A stretch of DNA of 33,914 bases, from the NCBI GenBank assembly GCA_049583345.1, contig JBAUVS010000592.1, positions 1-33,914 on the forward strand, written 5' to 3'. The DNA is from Woeseiaceae bacterium. Lineage in GTDB: Bacteria > Pseudomonadota > Gammaproteobacteria > Steroidobacterales > Woeseiaceae. A program made the translations under genes and the position numbers. The notes beneath the pieces were generated by a model. It did no database searches and was not told where the DNA came from. It saw only the letters and a list, made by a program, of their open reading frames with translations. This document shows positions 32,695 through 33,914 of this stretch, piece by piece; position 1 is the first letter of the stretch; each line of letters opens with the position of its first letter.

Positions 32695-33914
32695 GTGAAA
32701 CTGATCTATCCAGTAGCGATCCTGCTTGCCGCGGGGCTGCCGATGACGGCTTCCGCGGCGGAGGATCTGGCGGGCGAGGTTGCCGAACTGAAGCAACAGG
32801 TTGCCGAATTGAAGACCGACTACGAGGCACGCATCGCCGACCTCGAACAGCGTCTCGCGAAGGCCGAGCTTTCGGCCAAAGGCGCGCGACGCAATGCCAG
32901 CAAGGCCATGGACCTGGCCGAGGAGACCGCCGTCCAGAGTTCCGGCGGCTCTTCCGCGCCGAACGCGTTCAATCCGGGCATCGGCGCGATACTCGAGGGA
33001 CGTTATGCCAGCGTCGATGGCGGCTGGCAGCAGATCCCGGGGTTCCAGCCCGGCGGCGAGACCGGCACCGGCGACTCCGGATTCGAACTCGGTGAAGCCG
33101 AACTCAACCTGCAATCCAGCGTCGACACGAAGTTCTACGGCAACCTGACCGTCGCCCTCAGCGGAGATGGCGCCGAAATCGAAGAAGCCTGGATGCAGAC
33201 CACCGGCCTGCCGGGCGGCGTTACCGTCAAGGGCGGACGGTTCTTCTCCAATGCCGGGTACCTCAACAGCGTCCATGCCCATGCCGACGACTTCGTCGAC
33301 CGGCCGCTGCCCTACCAGGCATTCCTCGGCGGGCAATACGCGGAGGACGGTGTACAGGCACGCTGGGTAGCCCCCACCGCTCTGCTCGTCGAACTGGGCG
33401 CCGAGCTCGACTGGGGTGCGGACTTCCCGGCCACCGCCAACGGCGATTCGTCGCCTGGCTCGTACACGCTGTATGCGAAAGTCGGCGGCGACGTCGGTGC
33501 CGACAACGCCTGGCAGGCCGGCATCGGGCGCATCAGCATGGATGCGGCCGACCGCGTCTCGCAAGACGAGGCGGGCAGTGGCTTCAGCGGCGACAGCGAC
33601 CTGACGATCCTCGATTTCGTCTGGAAGTGGGCACCCGGCGGCAACACCACCGTGCGCAACTTCAAGGTGCAGGGCGAGTACATCCGACGCAGCGAGGACG
33701 GCAGCTACGCCGGGGTCCCCTACAAGGGCGACCAGAGCGGATGGTATCTGCAGGGTGCCTGGCAGTTCCGGCCGCTCTGGCGCGTCGGCCTGCGCTACGA
33801 TACGGCCGATCCCGACAGCGGGCCGCCGCTCGCCGGCACCCTGATCGAGGATCCCGGCCGCAGCGCATCGCGGATCAGCGCGATGATCGACTACTCGCCG
33901 AGCGAGTTCAGCCG
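32695..33914 (+). CDS. Outer-membrane beta-barrel (porin-like) protein with N-terminal coiled coil; partial, runs off the right edge
   Basis: Not in the ORF track because there is no stop in the window. GTG 32695 opens VKLIYPVAILLAAGLPMTASAAEDLAGEVAELKQQVAELKTDYEARIADLEQRLAKAE...FNPGIGAILEGRY...FELGEAELNLQSSVDTKFYGNLTVAL...IEEAWMQT...VKGGRFFSNAGYLNSVHAHADDFVDRPLPYQAFLGGQY, with no stops to the edge. It shows the alternating amphipathic pattern typical of OM barrels. The 321-aa reverse ORF here is its shadow. Confidence 0.7.
   Translation, partial: MKLIYPVAILLAAGLPMTASAAEDLAGEVAELKQQVAELKTDYEARIADLEQRLAKAELSAKGARRNASKAMDLAEETAVQSSGGSSAPNAFNPGIGAILEGRYASVDGGWQQIPGFQPGGETGTGDSGFELGEAELNLQSSVDTKFYGNLTVALSGDGAEIEEAWMQTTGLPGGVTVKGGRFFSNAGYLNSVHAHADDFVDRPLPYQAFLGGQYAEDGVQARWVAPTALLVELGAELDWGADFPATANGDSSPGSYTLYAKVGGDVGADNAWQAGIGRISMDAADRVSQDEAGSGFSGDSDLTILDFVWKWAPGGNTTVRNFKVQGEYIRRSEDGSYAGVPYKGDQSGWYLQGAWQFRPLWRVGLRYDTADPDSGPPLAGTLIEDPGRSASRISAMIDYSPSEFS

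Noticed and set aside
32599-33564. 321-aa reverse-strand ORF
   Set aside because: It is the antisense shadow of the plus-strand OM barrel gene. Its composition is rich in Arg, Gly and Ala, it has no recognisable motifs and no RBS, and the plus frame has a signal peptide and barrel pattern.
1-33914. Search for CRISPR arrays, IS elements, integrases, toxin-antitoxin or phage-defence genes, and rRNA/tRNA genes
   Set aside because: I saw none. There are no spaced direct-repeat arrays, no transposase or recombinase-like translations in the ORF track, and no terminal inverted repeats flanking the island. The only recurrent DNA element is the promoter/operator module.

Overview
GC-rich proteobacterial-type chromosomal segment. 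I support 25 protein-coding genes, two of them edge-truncated and absent from the supplied ORF track. I found no rRNA, tRNA, CRISPR array, transposase or integrase. The left third (1-7.9 kb) holds a mixed hydrolase/oxidoreductase set: an IorAB-type molybdoenzyme (partial), a GH97 glycosidase, an alpha/beta hydrolase, a PhoD-like phosphatase and a DUF3604 protein. From about 8.1 to 32 kb lies an accessory-looking nutrient-acquisition island. It has two TonB-dependent receptors, four exported peptidases whose families are known for D- or beta-linked substrates (DmpA/BapA-type P1, Ntn asparaginase/isoaspartyl peptidase, SxxK beta-lactamase-fold hydrolase, M19 dipeptidase), a sodium:solute symporter, an aspartate racemase and aspartate ammonia-lyase. 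Embedded in that array (18.1-24.8 kb) is a five-gene block with no assignable function. It consists of a split Tm-1-like ATP-binding protein and its PEP-hydrolase-like TIM-barrel partner, bracketed by two paralogous exported ThuA-cupin fusion proteins. A beta-propeller protein follows, joined to the preceding gene by an ATGA overlap. An XRE-HTH/cupin regulator sits next to the block. A conserved AT-rich promoter/operator module (GCTTGACCC-N9-ATT...TTGAA...) recurs in front of at least three transcription units, with degenerate copies elsewhere. The right edge carries a DUF2946-like small membrane protein and a coiled-coil outer-membrane beta-barrel protein (partial). All family calls come from motifs read by eye; no database search was run.
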